Assembly (NCBI GenBank): GCA_022706785.1
Contig: JAKJBW010000007.1
Span: 25,599-89,598, forward strand
Source of the DNA: Bacillota bacterium
GTDB taxonomy: Bacteria > Bacillota > Clostridia > UBA1381 > UMGS1253
Direction: 5' to 3'
DNA: 64,000 nt
Shown here: positions 46,672 through 55,619 of the stretch, piece after piece
Position numbering within the stretch: the first letter of the stretch is position 1
Layout of the letters: each line of letters opens with the position of its first letter
Translations under genes and position numbers: made by a program
Notes under the pieces: model-generated
What the model saw: the letters and a program-made list of their open reading frames with translations, nothing else
Databases searched by the model: none
What the model was told of the DNA's origin: nothing

Positions 46672-49600
46672 TTATTCGACAACCACGAAATCCCACGGCG
46701 TATAATTCGCATTATCCGTAATAAGCATAGAGTCAAATTTTCCGCCTGCGCCTTGCGGGATAATGCTTAGCACATGTTCTCCTGCCGTCAGGTTTATTAC
46801 GGCTGCCTTTTTCCATAGCCAAACGTCACCGCCACCCGACGAAGTTACAGGGATGTTAACAAAGGTGTACGCATATTGATCGTCGGCCATAATGCAGGCT
46901 GCGCCCTGGCTGGCAGTGCTTGTGCAAACCCTCATCCATATGTAATACGATCCGGATTTATAGGCCGCGAACGAAGCCTTCAAAGGCGCTGTCTGCCAGC
47001 AATTCCAGGGCCCTGCGTGTTCAAGATTGGTGCCTGTCGCCGCTGCGTATTCTCCGCCCTCGCACTGGATCGACTGTCCAACGGTATATCCCGCAACAAC
47101 ATGTCCGTCATCAAGAGTAGAAAGCGTAGCATCTTCCATCTCTGTCTGGTATATGTACTCCTCCATATCGTCAGCGATGATCTGATGCGGGAGCAGATTG
47201 CCTGTGCTTAACGGCTGTCCCGCCTGACCCCATTCATTATCTCCCCAGGCATACCCCAAACCGCCTTTTGTTCTGGCAAAACTGCTGTAGTATCCTGCTG
47301 AAACATTTGCAGCGTTTGTCAGGCCTAACACCTTTACGGGCGTATTGCTGTTCTCGAAAGTGCCATTTCCAAGCTGACCTAACTCGTTGGCACCCCATGT
47401 CCATACAGTCCCGTCATTTTTAAGCGCCACACAGTGAATCCCGCCTGAATCGACCTGCTCAATTCCCGTTAACCCGGTTACCTGAACGGGAATACTACTT
47501 GGTTCATCAAAGGTGCCGTTTCCAAGCTCACCAAAATTGTCGGAGCCCCATGTCCATACCGTGCCATCATTTTTAACCGCCACACTTGAGTTGTCTGCAG
47601 CGTCGATTGCTTTAACATTCGTCAGGCCTGATACCTGCACAGGCGCATAGCTTGTCTGGGTAGTGCCGTTACCGAGTTGCCCAAAGGTATTCTCGCCCCA
47701 GGCCCACACAGTCCCATCGTTTTTGAGTACCAGCACATGACCATATGATGCTGAAACTGACGCTACATCTGATAATCCGCTTATCTGGACCGGTGACAAC
47801 ATATCGCTCTCAGACATATAGGGCACCGTCGCCCCCCAGGTCCATAAGCTTCCGTCTTCCTTAACGACAAAACTGCTGAAAGCTCCAGCAAAGACCTGTT
47901 TTACATTACTGAGCCCCGCCACAGGTGCAGGCGTACTGCGTGAGGCCGTAGTGCCATCTCCAAGCTGTCCACTGTCATTCTCACCCCAGGCCCACACAGT
48001 CTTGTCATCTTTTAAAGCAAGGCGATGCTCACAGCCTGCGGAAACTTGACTGGTGTCGCCTAAAATAATTTCGCCTGCCCCGCTCGTTGTCAGTTCTCGT
48101 ACATATCCGTCTGCGAGAACATATCTTTCATTATACGTGGATGCTGTGATGTCCCCTTGTAAGTCCGGAATGCGCAACACAGCGCTTAAATGCATGTCAC
48201 GATTAGAGGAAGTGCCATATCCCCATATCCATACGGCGCCGTCCTGCTTAAGCGCGATACTGTCATAGGATCCGACTGCAGCCTGTTTTACGCCTGACAG
48301 CCCTACCGCTTGTACGGGTGTTGCCCTATCCGTTGTTGTCCCGTCGCCCAGCTGCCCATCGTTATTATCTCCCCAAGCCCACACAGTTCCGTCATTTTTT
48401 ACTACCATACAGCTTTGATAAAAAGAAAGGCTTACAGAAACCGACGCCACATCCGAAAGCGAGCTGACGCATTGAGGCGTAGCCAGGCCGCCTCCAAATT
48501 CTTTCCAGGTCCACAGGCTGCCATCCTTGACCGCCAGTACATCGTCACCGTCATAACCGTCTATTTCATAATAATAGCCGCCTACGTCGATATCGTCTAC
48601 TCCGCTCATCTCCTCTATTTCTTGCGGGATAGGTTGATATCTGCCCCATACCCATAATGTGCCGTCTGTTTTCATTGCCAGTATACTCGTCCCTCCGACT
48701 TTTACCTTGCACACGCCATTAAATCCTGACGAAGGAGGTAAGAAACTGCCCCCCCATACCTGTACTGTTCCGTCACTTTTAACGGCGGCGTTATGATAAT
48801 AGCCTGCATCCATCTGTACAATGCCCGATAATCCAGGTATTTGCATCGGTGTTACATATAACTCAGAACTTTCCGAAATTTGGTGGTAGTCATTCCAGCC
48901 CCATCCCCATACGTTTCCATTCTGGTCCAGGGCCAGGATGTGGCCGTCGCCTGCCGATATTTGTACAATTCCTGTCAGGCCTTCTATCTGTACAGCCCCC
49001 TGACCGCTACATCCCCACACGCTTCCGTTATTTTTTAACACATAAAGGCCTGGATTCACCGCCGCAACCTGCTTATTTGGCAGACTGCTAAACAGTTCCC
49101 AGCTCTCCTCGGCTGTCGGCTGGTAGCCGTGCACATCGAAGTCGTCCGCCGGACTAACCGGAACAATGGTTGGGTCTGTCACGCCGGCCACACAATTGTA
49201 TATGCCAAGCATGCTTGCCCCGCTTACCTTATTTTGCAGATTGGAAAGCCGGTATGATGTATTTTTCAGCCGTATTTTTAGGTCTGCGGGGGCCTGCTGC
49301 CCGGCACTCAGCGCCGCTGCCAAAGCTGCCGCGCCGCTCACATACGCAGTCGATACCGAGGTTCCGCTCAGCTCGCCGTATCCGCCGCCGGGGTAGCTGC
49401 TTTCCACATTACGGCCCAACGCCGCGATATCCACGCTCTCGGTTCCGTAGTTGGAATAGTAGCTAAAGCCCATATCCGCGTTCAGCGATGTTACGCTTAC
49501 TACATTGTCAAACCCATATGATGCAGGGTATACCGGTTCTGTATCCACATCCTTGCGCCCATTTCCCGCGGCGCAAACGAACAGCATATCGCTGCTTTGT

Positions 49601-50706
49601 ATCACCTCACGCAAAGCGGGATTGTCCTCACCGCTGCCAAAGCTGCAGTTGGCGATCGTCGCACCGTTTTGTTCGGCATATTCGATTGCGTCTATGATGT
49701 CACTTGTGTAAGCCGAGCCGCCCTCGAATACCTTTAAGGGCATAATCTGCGCCTGCGGTGCCACCGATGCGATCACGCCCGCTATGTGCGTCGCGTGGAT
49801 CTGGCCCATAACGTTATTGTTGTCGTAGGTCAAATCGGTATCGTTGACAAAATCATACCCGGCCGCCAGCCTGCCTGTCAGATCAGGGTGGGTTACATCA
49901 AGACCCGAGTCGATCAGCGCAATTTTTACACCCTGACCTGCCGATAATGTGTGCGCAGCGGTAATGTCAGCCGGCGTGCTGCCCATGATCCCGTCTATGC
50001 CGACTGCGTTCACCGGTGCGGGCTCGGCCGTTGGCGTTTCCTGTGGCAGAGATGTCTGTACGCCAGCATCCGGTATGTCGGGTTCAGCGGTTGCTTCATA
50101 AACCGGCGTGACCTCCGGCGCAGCGCTGGGCGCTTCAGTCTGTTCGGCTTGTCCGCTCAGGCCGGGATCCGGCGAATATGCCTGAGATGACGGATAGAGC
50201 TTATAGTCAGGCTGTATGTACTCAACGGCACTGTCACCCAACTCCGACTTAAGCTGTTGTACATATGCTTCCGTCTCCACCGCCGCGTCAAGTTCAATCA
50301 CGTCTGCATTAATCCGCGCTACCTTGCTGACGCGCGCGTTTGTCACACTTTTCGCTTCCCCGGCATTCTTGCCGTCAGGTCTGCGCCGCACATCCATGCC
50401 CTTAGCTTCATTTATTACCTGTGAAGTATCCAACTTTTTAATATCGTCTCTGCCGGCAACCGTCAGCGCCCTTTGCTTCACCGCCTCGGATCTGTCGGTT
50501 CCGGCAGACTCAGCCGTATACTTAATAATAAAACGATTGGTGTAGCGTTGTCCTTCCCCCATCCGGACAACATCACTAACATCCTCTGTGCTTTTCGTGT
50601 TCTTTGCACGGGCCTCTTGGGCGCCGTTTCCTTTTGACGATACACCCAGAGTCAGACCCAAAACCATACTGATCGCCAAAAATACGCTTATGACACGTTT
50701 CTTCAT
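46672..50706 (-). CDS. Secreted S8 subtilisin-like serine protease fused to an RCC1-repeat beta-propeller and a C-terminal CBM-like domain
   Basis: Start moved to ATG 50706 (AAAGGAGGAAG SD; MKKRVISVFLAI signal peptide). Catalytic triad motifs IDSGLDVTHPDL, HATHIAGVIAS, GTSVSTAYVSGAAAL. About 10 RCC1-like repeats (GxNxxGQLGDGT). Confidence 0.75.
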   Translation of the reverse strand: MKKRVISVFLAISMVLGLTLGVSSKGNGAQEARAKNTKSTEDVSDVVRMGEGQRYTNRFIIKYTAESAGTDRSEAVKQRALTVAGRDDIKKLDTSQVINEAKGMDVRRRPDGKNAGEAKSVTNARVSKVARINADVIELDAAVETEAYVQQLKSELGDSAVEYIQPDYKLYPSSQAYSPDPGLSGQAEQTEAPSAAPEVTPVYEATAEPDIPDAGVQTSLPQETPTAEPAPVNAVGIDGIMGSTPADITAAHTLSAGQGVKIALIDSGLDVTHPDLTGRLAAGYDFVNDTDLTYDNNNVMGQIHATHIAGVIASVAPQAQIMPLKVFEGGSAYTSDIIDAIEYAEQNGATIANCSFGSGEDNPALREVIQSSDMLFVCAAGNGRKDVDTEPVYPASYGFDNVVSVTSLNADMGFSYYSNYGTESVDIAALGRNVESSYPGGGYGELSGTSVSTAYVSGAAALAAALSAGQQAPADLKIRLKNTSYRLSNLQNKVSGASMLGIYNCVAGVTDPTIVPVSPADDFDVHGYQPTAEESWELFSSLPNKQVAAVNPGLYVLKNNGSVWGCSGQGAVQIEGLTGIVQISAGDGHILALDQNGNVWGWGWNDYHQISESSELYVTPMQIPGLSGIVQMDAGYYHNAAVKSDGTVQVWGGSFLPPSSGFNGVCKVKVGGTSILAMKTDGTLWVWGRYQPIPQEIEEMSGVDDIDVGGYYYEIDGYDGDDVLAVKDGSLWTWKEFGGGLATPQCVSSLSDVASVSVSLSFYQSCMVVKNDGTVWAWGDNNDGQLGDGTTTDRATPVQAVGLSGVKQAAVGSYDSIALKQDGAVWIWGYGTSSNRDMHLSAVLRIPDLQGDITASTYNERYVLADGYVRELTTSGAGEIILGDTSQVSAGCEHRLALKDDKTVWAWGENDSGQLGDGTTASRSTPAPVAGLSNVKQVFAGAFSSFVVKEDGSLWTWGATVPYMSESDMLSPVQISGLSDVASVSASYGHVLVLKNDGTVWAWGENTFGQLGNGTTQTSYAPVQVSGLTNVKAIDAADNSSVAVKNDGTVWTWGSDNFGELGNGTFDEPSSIPVQVTGLTGIEQVDSGGIHCVALKNDGTVWTWGANELGQLGNGTFENSNTPVKVLGLTNAANVSAGYYSSFARTKGGLGYAWGDNEWGQAGQPLSTGNLLPHQIIADDMEEYIYQTEMEDATLSTLDDGHVVAGYTVGQSIQCEGGEYAAATGTNLEHAGPWNCWQTAPLKASFAAYKSGSYYIWMRVCTSTASQGAACIMADDQYAYTFVNIPVTSSGGGDVWLWKKAAVINLTAGEHVLSIIPQGAGGKFDSMLITDNANYTPWDFVVVE

Positions 50707-51734
50707 GCTGCTTCCTCCTTTTGTTGTTTTTTTAAAATTAAATGAAAGTTGAGGACACTTCAGCATTTCGGGTACGATATTTCTGCGATAAAATCAAGCG
50801 CCTCTCGCAAGAGGAAACGGCCTCATACAGAAAACGGTATCCGTTGTATGCCAAAAGCGCAACAACAGTCATTTAGTTTTATCATTGAAATGGAGATTCT
50901 GATAGGAATAAAAATCTTTGCCGGAGCTGTTGTCTTGAATTTGCACCCGACCGCCCAAGGCAAGCCTTTTGCGTCGTGATGGCGGGGACTATTCAAACTG
51001 CTATTTGCAATAAAAAATGCAGTCATGCATTTTTTGCCTTTAAAAGCACCATAATAACCACACCCTTCCTGTCGGCACTGTGGGGTAGACACGGTTTTAA
51101 GCGAATGCATTACCTGCTTATTTCATTATTGTTAAATTGCCCATGCTCTGGGTTAGTAAAAAAGTAATTCATAACAGTGGAAAGCTTCAAAAACGATACT
51201 TTCAAAAATTGGATTGAGTCTTTGACAAGCAATTTAAGACGTGATACAAAACCAAACAGGGCTTTTTTCCTTTGCGTTAGTAAATAAGCGCATTTCTCTG
51301 TTCGTGTTTTTTTTTGACTATATCAGACCGTATCGCGTGCTTTATGGGTTGACGTCTGCCCGGATGGCCGGTTTGACTTGTCAGGCAAAAGCGGGAGTAT
51401 TTGCCCATTTTGTAAAGCAACTATACGATTTTAAGTACTTTTTCCAGTTTTATTTTACGGATTCTGGAGTTTGCTGTAGGATTTTGCTAATTATAGGTAT
51501 AATATAGTTCCGAAAGATATTTTTGTCAATTGTTTTCGGGCGCAGGTTTTCTTATTTTTCGACATCCCTTGGCGCTGTCTGAACACATGAGCAGAAAAAT
51601 ATGAAACAGGGTATTGGTAAATGCTTAGTCAAGGGCAAATAAAAGCGGTTGAAGGATTAACTGAAAATATTACTGCTTCGCCACGGAAAAAAAGGCGCTG
51701 CTTTTGATCACGCTAACTATTTTACACAAAAAAC

Positions 51735-51762
51735 TTGACTACCGCATAAAAAGTGATATAAT
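51735..51762 (+). promoter_or_regulatory. Promoter of the riboswitch-controlled transcript
   Basis: TTGACT, 16 nt, TGaTATAAT (extended -10). Confidence 0.6.
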
Positions 51763-51784
51763 AGAGTTGTATATGATATACCCA

Positions 51785-51955
51785 TGTAAAAGGCAAAGCA
51801 TATGAAAGTATGTGACGCAAAGCTATAGGGCCTAAAGATGATGAATCTATGGCAGCCAGTTGCCGGCTAATAAGAAGTGCTGACAGGATAGCTGTATCCT
51901 TATGCCTGTTATTAAAGGACAACTGATTTGTTTCGGTTGTCCTTTTTGTTTTTCA
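51785..51955 (+). promoter_or_regulatory. c-di-GMP-I (GEMM-I) riboswitch with a terminator expression platform
   Basis: aGGCAAAGCatatGAAAgtatGtGACGCAAAGCtatagGGCCTAAAg parallels the Vc2 aptamer segments GGCAAACC-(GNRA hairpin)-GGGACGCAAAGCC-..GGCCTAAAC. Terminator aaaggacaac / gttgtccttt plus TTGTTTTT at 51915-51953. Confidence 0.7.
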
Positions 51956-52002
51956 TATGGCAGAGCACAAAAAAATCTTATGAGTAAAAGGGATGTATAA
52001 TC

Positions 52003-53211
52003 ATGAAAAAACTTATGAATTGTCTGAAACGGGCTAAAAGCAATGAACAAGGGGCAGCCGTTGTGATTGTTGCGGTCTCAATGACGGTGCTGCTGGCCTT
52101 TGCGGGCGCGGCGGTTGACTTCGGTATGGTTTACCTCAATACCTCACAGCTCCAGACCGCATTGGACGCGGGCGTTATGGCGGGGGCCGCCCGATTGCCC
52201 GACACGGTGCTGGCCGAATCAACCGCGAAAGAATACATAGAAAAGAACGGAGTACCGGCACAGGACATTCAGATTTCATTTGGCGACAACAACAGTGTGA
52301 TCAGCGCTGAAAGCGAAAAGGCGATGGGTGCGACTTTCCTGAAAATCATCGGTATCGATGTGATGCCGTATGCGGCAGCGGCCAGCGCCCAAAGAGCAGT
52401 AGAAACGCTTGGCGGGCCGTTTGATTATAAGATATTTTCAGGGGATCCCGACTATACCCTGACTTTGGGCGGTAATTTTAATATTGCCGGAAGCGTTCAC
52501 TCCAACGGCTCACTGAACGCAAACCCGGCCAAAGGCAATATTACCGGTACCGCACAGGCTTGTAAAAATGTCAATATCAATACCTATACCACAACTGTCG
52601 GTCATACGGAGGCCGGTGTGGGAAAAATCAATATGGTTGATTTTTCAAATGTTGTCAGTGAGAATATGCCCGGATCGTACGGTATCGTTTGGGACGCAAG
52701 CTACGTCAATGCGCAATGGACAAAGCAGTATTGGAACGGAAACATAAAAATAACCGGGAATACCCATGTGTCCAATCAGGTGGTCATTAACGGAAACGTT
52801 TATATCGACGGCAATCTGACTATTAATGGCGGTGCGCCCGTCTGTGTCCTCAACGGCAATTTATACGTCAACGGAACGATTGAGTTTAACAATACCACGG
52901 TTGTCAACGGTTGTGTTTTTGCGAAAAATAATATTTATTTCAAAGGCGGCGGCTTGTCCCTGAACACCACCAGTACAGTATGTGTCTATTCGCAGCAGGG
53001 AAGCATTGATATCAGCACCGCGTCAAGTGAAGTGAGAGGGATGATATACGCCCCAAACGGAACGGTGCAGATCGCGGGCGGCACAACCACCTTTTATGGC
53101 AGCATTATTGGCAACAGGGTATCGGGTATCCCTGCCAATCTGCTCATGAAAGACCCTGACGTTACCTTGCCCTTTATCCATTCCTCCTACAAAATACGCC
53201 TGGTGCGGTAA
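52003..53211 (+). CDS. TadE/TadG-like (Flp-pilus pseudopilin-type N-terminus) protein with a beta-helix repeat body
   Basis: 402 aa. NEQGAAVVIVAVSMTVLLAFAGAAVDFGMVYL...LDAGVMAGA, then Asn/Gly-rich repeats (GNIKITGNTHVSNQVVINGNVYIDGNLTINGG). Confidence 0.6.
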   Translation: MKKLMNCLKRAKSNEQGAAVVIVAVSMTVLLAFAGAAVDFGMVYLNTSQLQTALDAGVMAGAARLPDTVLAESTAKEYIEKNGVPAQDIQISFGDNNSVISAESEKAMGATFLKIIGIDVMPYAAAASAQRAVETLGGPFDYKIFSGDPDYTLTLGGNFNIAGSVHSNGSLNANPAKGNITGTAQACKNVNINTYTTTVGHTEAGVGKINMVDFSNVVSENMPGSYGIVWDASYVNAQWTKQYWNGNIKITGNTHVSNQVVINGNVYIDGNLTINGGAPVCVLNGNLYVNGTIEFNNTTVVNGCVFAKNNIYFKGGGLSLNTTSTVCVYSQQGSIDISTASSEVRGMIYAPNGTVQIAGGTTTFYGSIIGNRVSGIPANLLMKDPDVTLPFIHSSYKIRLVR

Positions 53212-53331
53212 GCGCAAGGTGCCCGGATTTTGAGATTTATGCAAACGGCTTATGCGTATGCCGGCCTGCCGCGAAAAAAACATCGCAATCTGTCTGCAAA
53301 TATGGTATGATAGATACCGGAGTGAGCGCAG

Positions 53332-54414
53332 ATGAAAAAAACGGTGTTTGAAAACAACAATAATCCGCAGCTTTGCGGGATAGTGCAGCCGCTTTTAAGG
53401 TGGTATGCCGAAAACGCACGGGTGCTGCCGTGGCGGGAAAATACGGACCCTTACCGGGTATGGGTGTCTGAGATCATGCTGCAGCAGACGCAGGTGGAAA
53501 CCGTAACGCCTTATTTTGACCGTTTTATGCGGCAGTTTCCGGATATACAAAGCCTGGCGCACGCAGAGGAGGAAGCGCTTTTAAAGGTATGGGAGGGCCT
53601 GGGGTATTATACGCGGGCACGCAACCTGCAAAAAGCGGCCCGGATCATCGTGCAAAAATACGCCGGGCGCTTTCCCTTTTCTTACGACGAGATACGCGCC
53701 CTGCCCGGCATTGGGGCATACACCGCCGGCGCTGTCGCCTCCATTTGCTTCGGCCAGCCCACCCCGGCGGTGGACGGGAATGTGGTGCGGGTGGTCGCAA
53801 GGCTTACCGGGTATGACGGGGACACGGCCCATCCAAAGGTGAAAGAGCAGATAGCGGCGGCTTTGCGCGGGGTTTATCCGGCGTCCCAGAGCGCCGACTT
53901 CACGCAAAGCCTGATGGAGCTCGGCGCTACAGTCTGTTTGCCGAGGGGAGCGCCCAAATGCGAAAGCTGCCCGGTTAATTCGTTGTGCATGGCATACCAG
54001 ACAGGCACGCAAATGGCGATTCCGGTAAAGGTTAGTAAAAAGCCCCGGAAAAAGGAACAAAAAACGGTGCTGCTGCTTTGCTGCGGCGATAAAATCGCGC
54101 TCCGGCGGCGGGAGGCGGGGGGCTTGCTTGGCGGGCTTTGGGAATTTCCGAATTCAGACGGCAGCCTAACTGTCCAGGAAGTAAGGCGCATACTGGACTG
54201 GTGGCATATATCGGTTGTCAGTGTGGCGGAAAGCGTACGCAAAAAGCACATTTTTACCCATATCGAATGGGATATGAGCAGCTATATCATCATCTGCGAA
54301 AATATGCCGCAAGATTTTTTGTGGGTGACCAGGGAAACGCTTGAAAAGCAGATAGCCTTGCCGTCTGCTTTCCAGGCTTTTCGGCGTGTGTTTTTTTGCA
54401 CGCTTGCGGACTGA
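53332..54414 (+). CDS. mutY: A/G-specific adenine DNA glycosylase
   Basis: 360 aa. PWRENTDPYRVWVSEIMLQQTQV, HhH-GPD, 4Fe-4S cluster CLPRGAPKCESCPVNSLC, NUDIX-like C-terminus. Confidence 0.9.
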   Translation: MKKTVFENNNNPQLCGIVQPLLRWYAENARVLPWRENTDPYRVWVSEIMLQQTQVETVTPYFDRFMRQFPDIQSLAHAEEEALLKVWEGLGYYTRARNLQKAARIIVQKYAGRFPFSYDEIRALPGIGAYTAGAVASICFGQPTPAVDGNVVRVVARLTGYDGDTAHPKVKEQIAAALRGVYPASQSADFTQSLMELGATVCLPRGAPKCESCPVNSLCMAYQTGTQMAIPVKVSKKPRKKEQKTVLLLCCGDKIALRRREAGGLLGGLWEFPNSDGSLTVQEVRRILDWWHISVVSVAESVRKKHIFTHIEWDMSSYIIICENMPQDFLWVTRETLEKQIALPSAFQAFRRVFFCTLAD

Positions 54415-54430
54415 TAATACGCACCAAACA

Positions 54431-54700
54431 TTTTTTGCGAAGTAAAAGGGCAAAGTTTTGGTCAAACTTTTTTAAAAGCGGGCAGCGCCCGCTGGCACCT
54501 GTGCGGGTAGTCTTGCGGCAGTTTCGCCCTTGCGCCCGGATTCTTTTGCGAAGCAAAAAGCTAAAGTTTTACTCGATTTTTTTCAAAAAATCGCGGGTTT
54601 TAAAAGGGCAGAGCCCTTTTATCGCCGTCCGCAGACGGCGAAAGCCCAAGCGTACAGGAGCATTTTTCTTTGTTACTTTCTTTTTGCGATAGAAAAAGAA
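54431..54700. repeat. Block A of concatenated short palindromic repeat units
   Basis: A chain of hairpins (gcgggcagcgcccgc, aaaagggcagagccctttt, cgccgtccgcagacggcg, ctttctttttgcgatagaaaaagaaag). The unit ttttgcgaag.aaaag..aaagtttt occurs twice. The core 54474-54616 recurs inverted at 55712-55855. Confidence 0.8.
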
Positions 54701-54764
54701 AGTAAGGTTTTGTTTATACACTTTTATACGCTGTCCGCCGATTTAGTACAAATGAACATAAAGC

Positions 54765-54938
54765 TTATTCTGCGTTTTCACGTTCCTTATAGTGTTCGCA
54801 GGCCTTTGCGGCAGTTTCCCGCTTTTTTAATCGGGGATAAACGCAGTGCCCATACCAAAGCTCGCGATAGCTGAGCCCATGTTTGATATAGTGCTGCCTG
54901 AAATGCCTGCAATTTTTGCAGATATTATTCTCATTCAT
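54765..54938 (-). CDS. Small Cys-rich protein (57 aa)
   Basis: MNENNICKNCRHFRQHYIKHGLSYRELWYGHCVYPRLKK...ACEHY. Overlaps the stop of the upstream RHH gene by 8 nt. Not in the ORF track. Confidence 0.4.
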   Translation of the reverse strand: MNENNICKNCRHFRQHYIKHGLSYRELWYGHCVYPRLKKRETAAKACEHYKERENAE

Positions 54939-55113
54939 TTTTAATTATCTCCCGATTAAATATATACTTTTTCAGCAAATCCTCAATCGCTTCATCCAGC
55001 AATTTGGTCTTGGGTATTCTGGTCCGCTCAGCCAAGCGGTTAAAAGATGGCACCAACTCATTTTTCAACGAAGACGTAAAGCGTGTTCTGTTTTTCAAAA
55101 ACGGCTCAGCCAT
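54931..55113 (-). CDS. Ribbon-helix-helix (CopG-like) DNA-binding protein
   Basis: 60 aa. TSSLKNELVPSFNRLAERTRIPKTKLLDEAIEDLLKKY fits a beta-strand plus two helices RHH pattern. Confidence 0.55.
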   Translation of the reverse strand: MAEPFLKNRTRFTSSLKNELVPSFNRLAERTRIPKTKLLDEAIEDLLKKYIFNREIIKNE

Positions 55114-55170
55114 TATATCACTCCCATATGTTTTTTGCTTACTATCTATTATATATCTGTCATAAACCTA

Positions 55171-55212
55171 AAACAATTGGTTGCATATAGTAAACAATTT
55201 GTTGCAGATAGT
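55171..55212. promoter_or_regulatory. Two tandem 21-bp direct repeats upstream of the RHH gene (candidate operator)
   Basis: aaacaattggttgcatatagt followed by aaacaatttgttgcagatagt (19/21 identical), 58 nt upstream of the RHH start. Confidence 0.45.
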
Positions 55213-55619
55213 GATTATATAGCATAACGCGAATATGACAAAAGACAAGCACAATAGCTGATGGTTTCTGTTTTGCAAGCCCTATCCATTCCGTATGGTC
55301 AGGGGCGACCTTTTATACGCCGGATGCCTGTTGGGTAGTATTTTACGATAATAAGCACAGGGCTGTATACAAGCAAAGTGTTATCAGAATGTTATCATCA
55401 GAAAATTTTTGTGCAGACGCATACCATAAAAATTGAGCACAAATAAGGCTTTGCGCCGGAATGCGGCCGAGATAAAAATTAAAAACTTTTTTAGAAATCT
55501 AAAAAAAGCCCGTTGCGTTTGCAATAGGCTCAGACTGTCAAAAGGGACAGGGGATCGGTTAATTTGCGCAAAATAAAAGCCATAAAGAGATAATGGGGAA
55601 ACCCCCGGCGAGGGTTTCC

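Noticed and set aside
50925-50960. Possible c-di-GMP-II riboswitch fragment (GCACCCGACCGCC resembles the conserved GCAACCGACC segment).
   Set aside because: I could not find the required upstream pairing partners or pseudoknot, and no gene follows on that strand for about 1 kb. A covariance-model scan would settle it.
50960-51060. Possible GEMM-I aptamer on the minus strand ahead of the S8 protease (GGCAAA ... GACGCAAAAGGC).
   Set aside because: The spacing between elements is wrong (about 35 extra nt), the hairpin loop is not GNRA, and the GACGCAAAGC core is altered.
54396-54874. ORFs 54396-54692 and 54530-54874 (Lys/Arg/Phe-rich).
   Set aside because: They are translations of the palindromic repeat block. 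The same DNA occurs inverted at 55.7-55.86 kb, so a coding role is unlikely.
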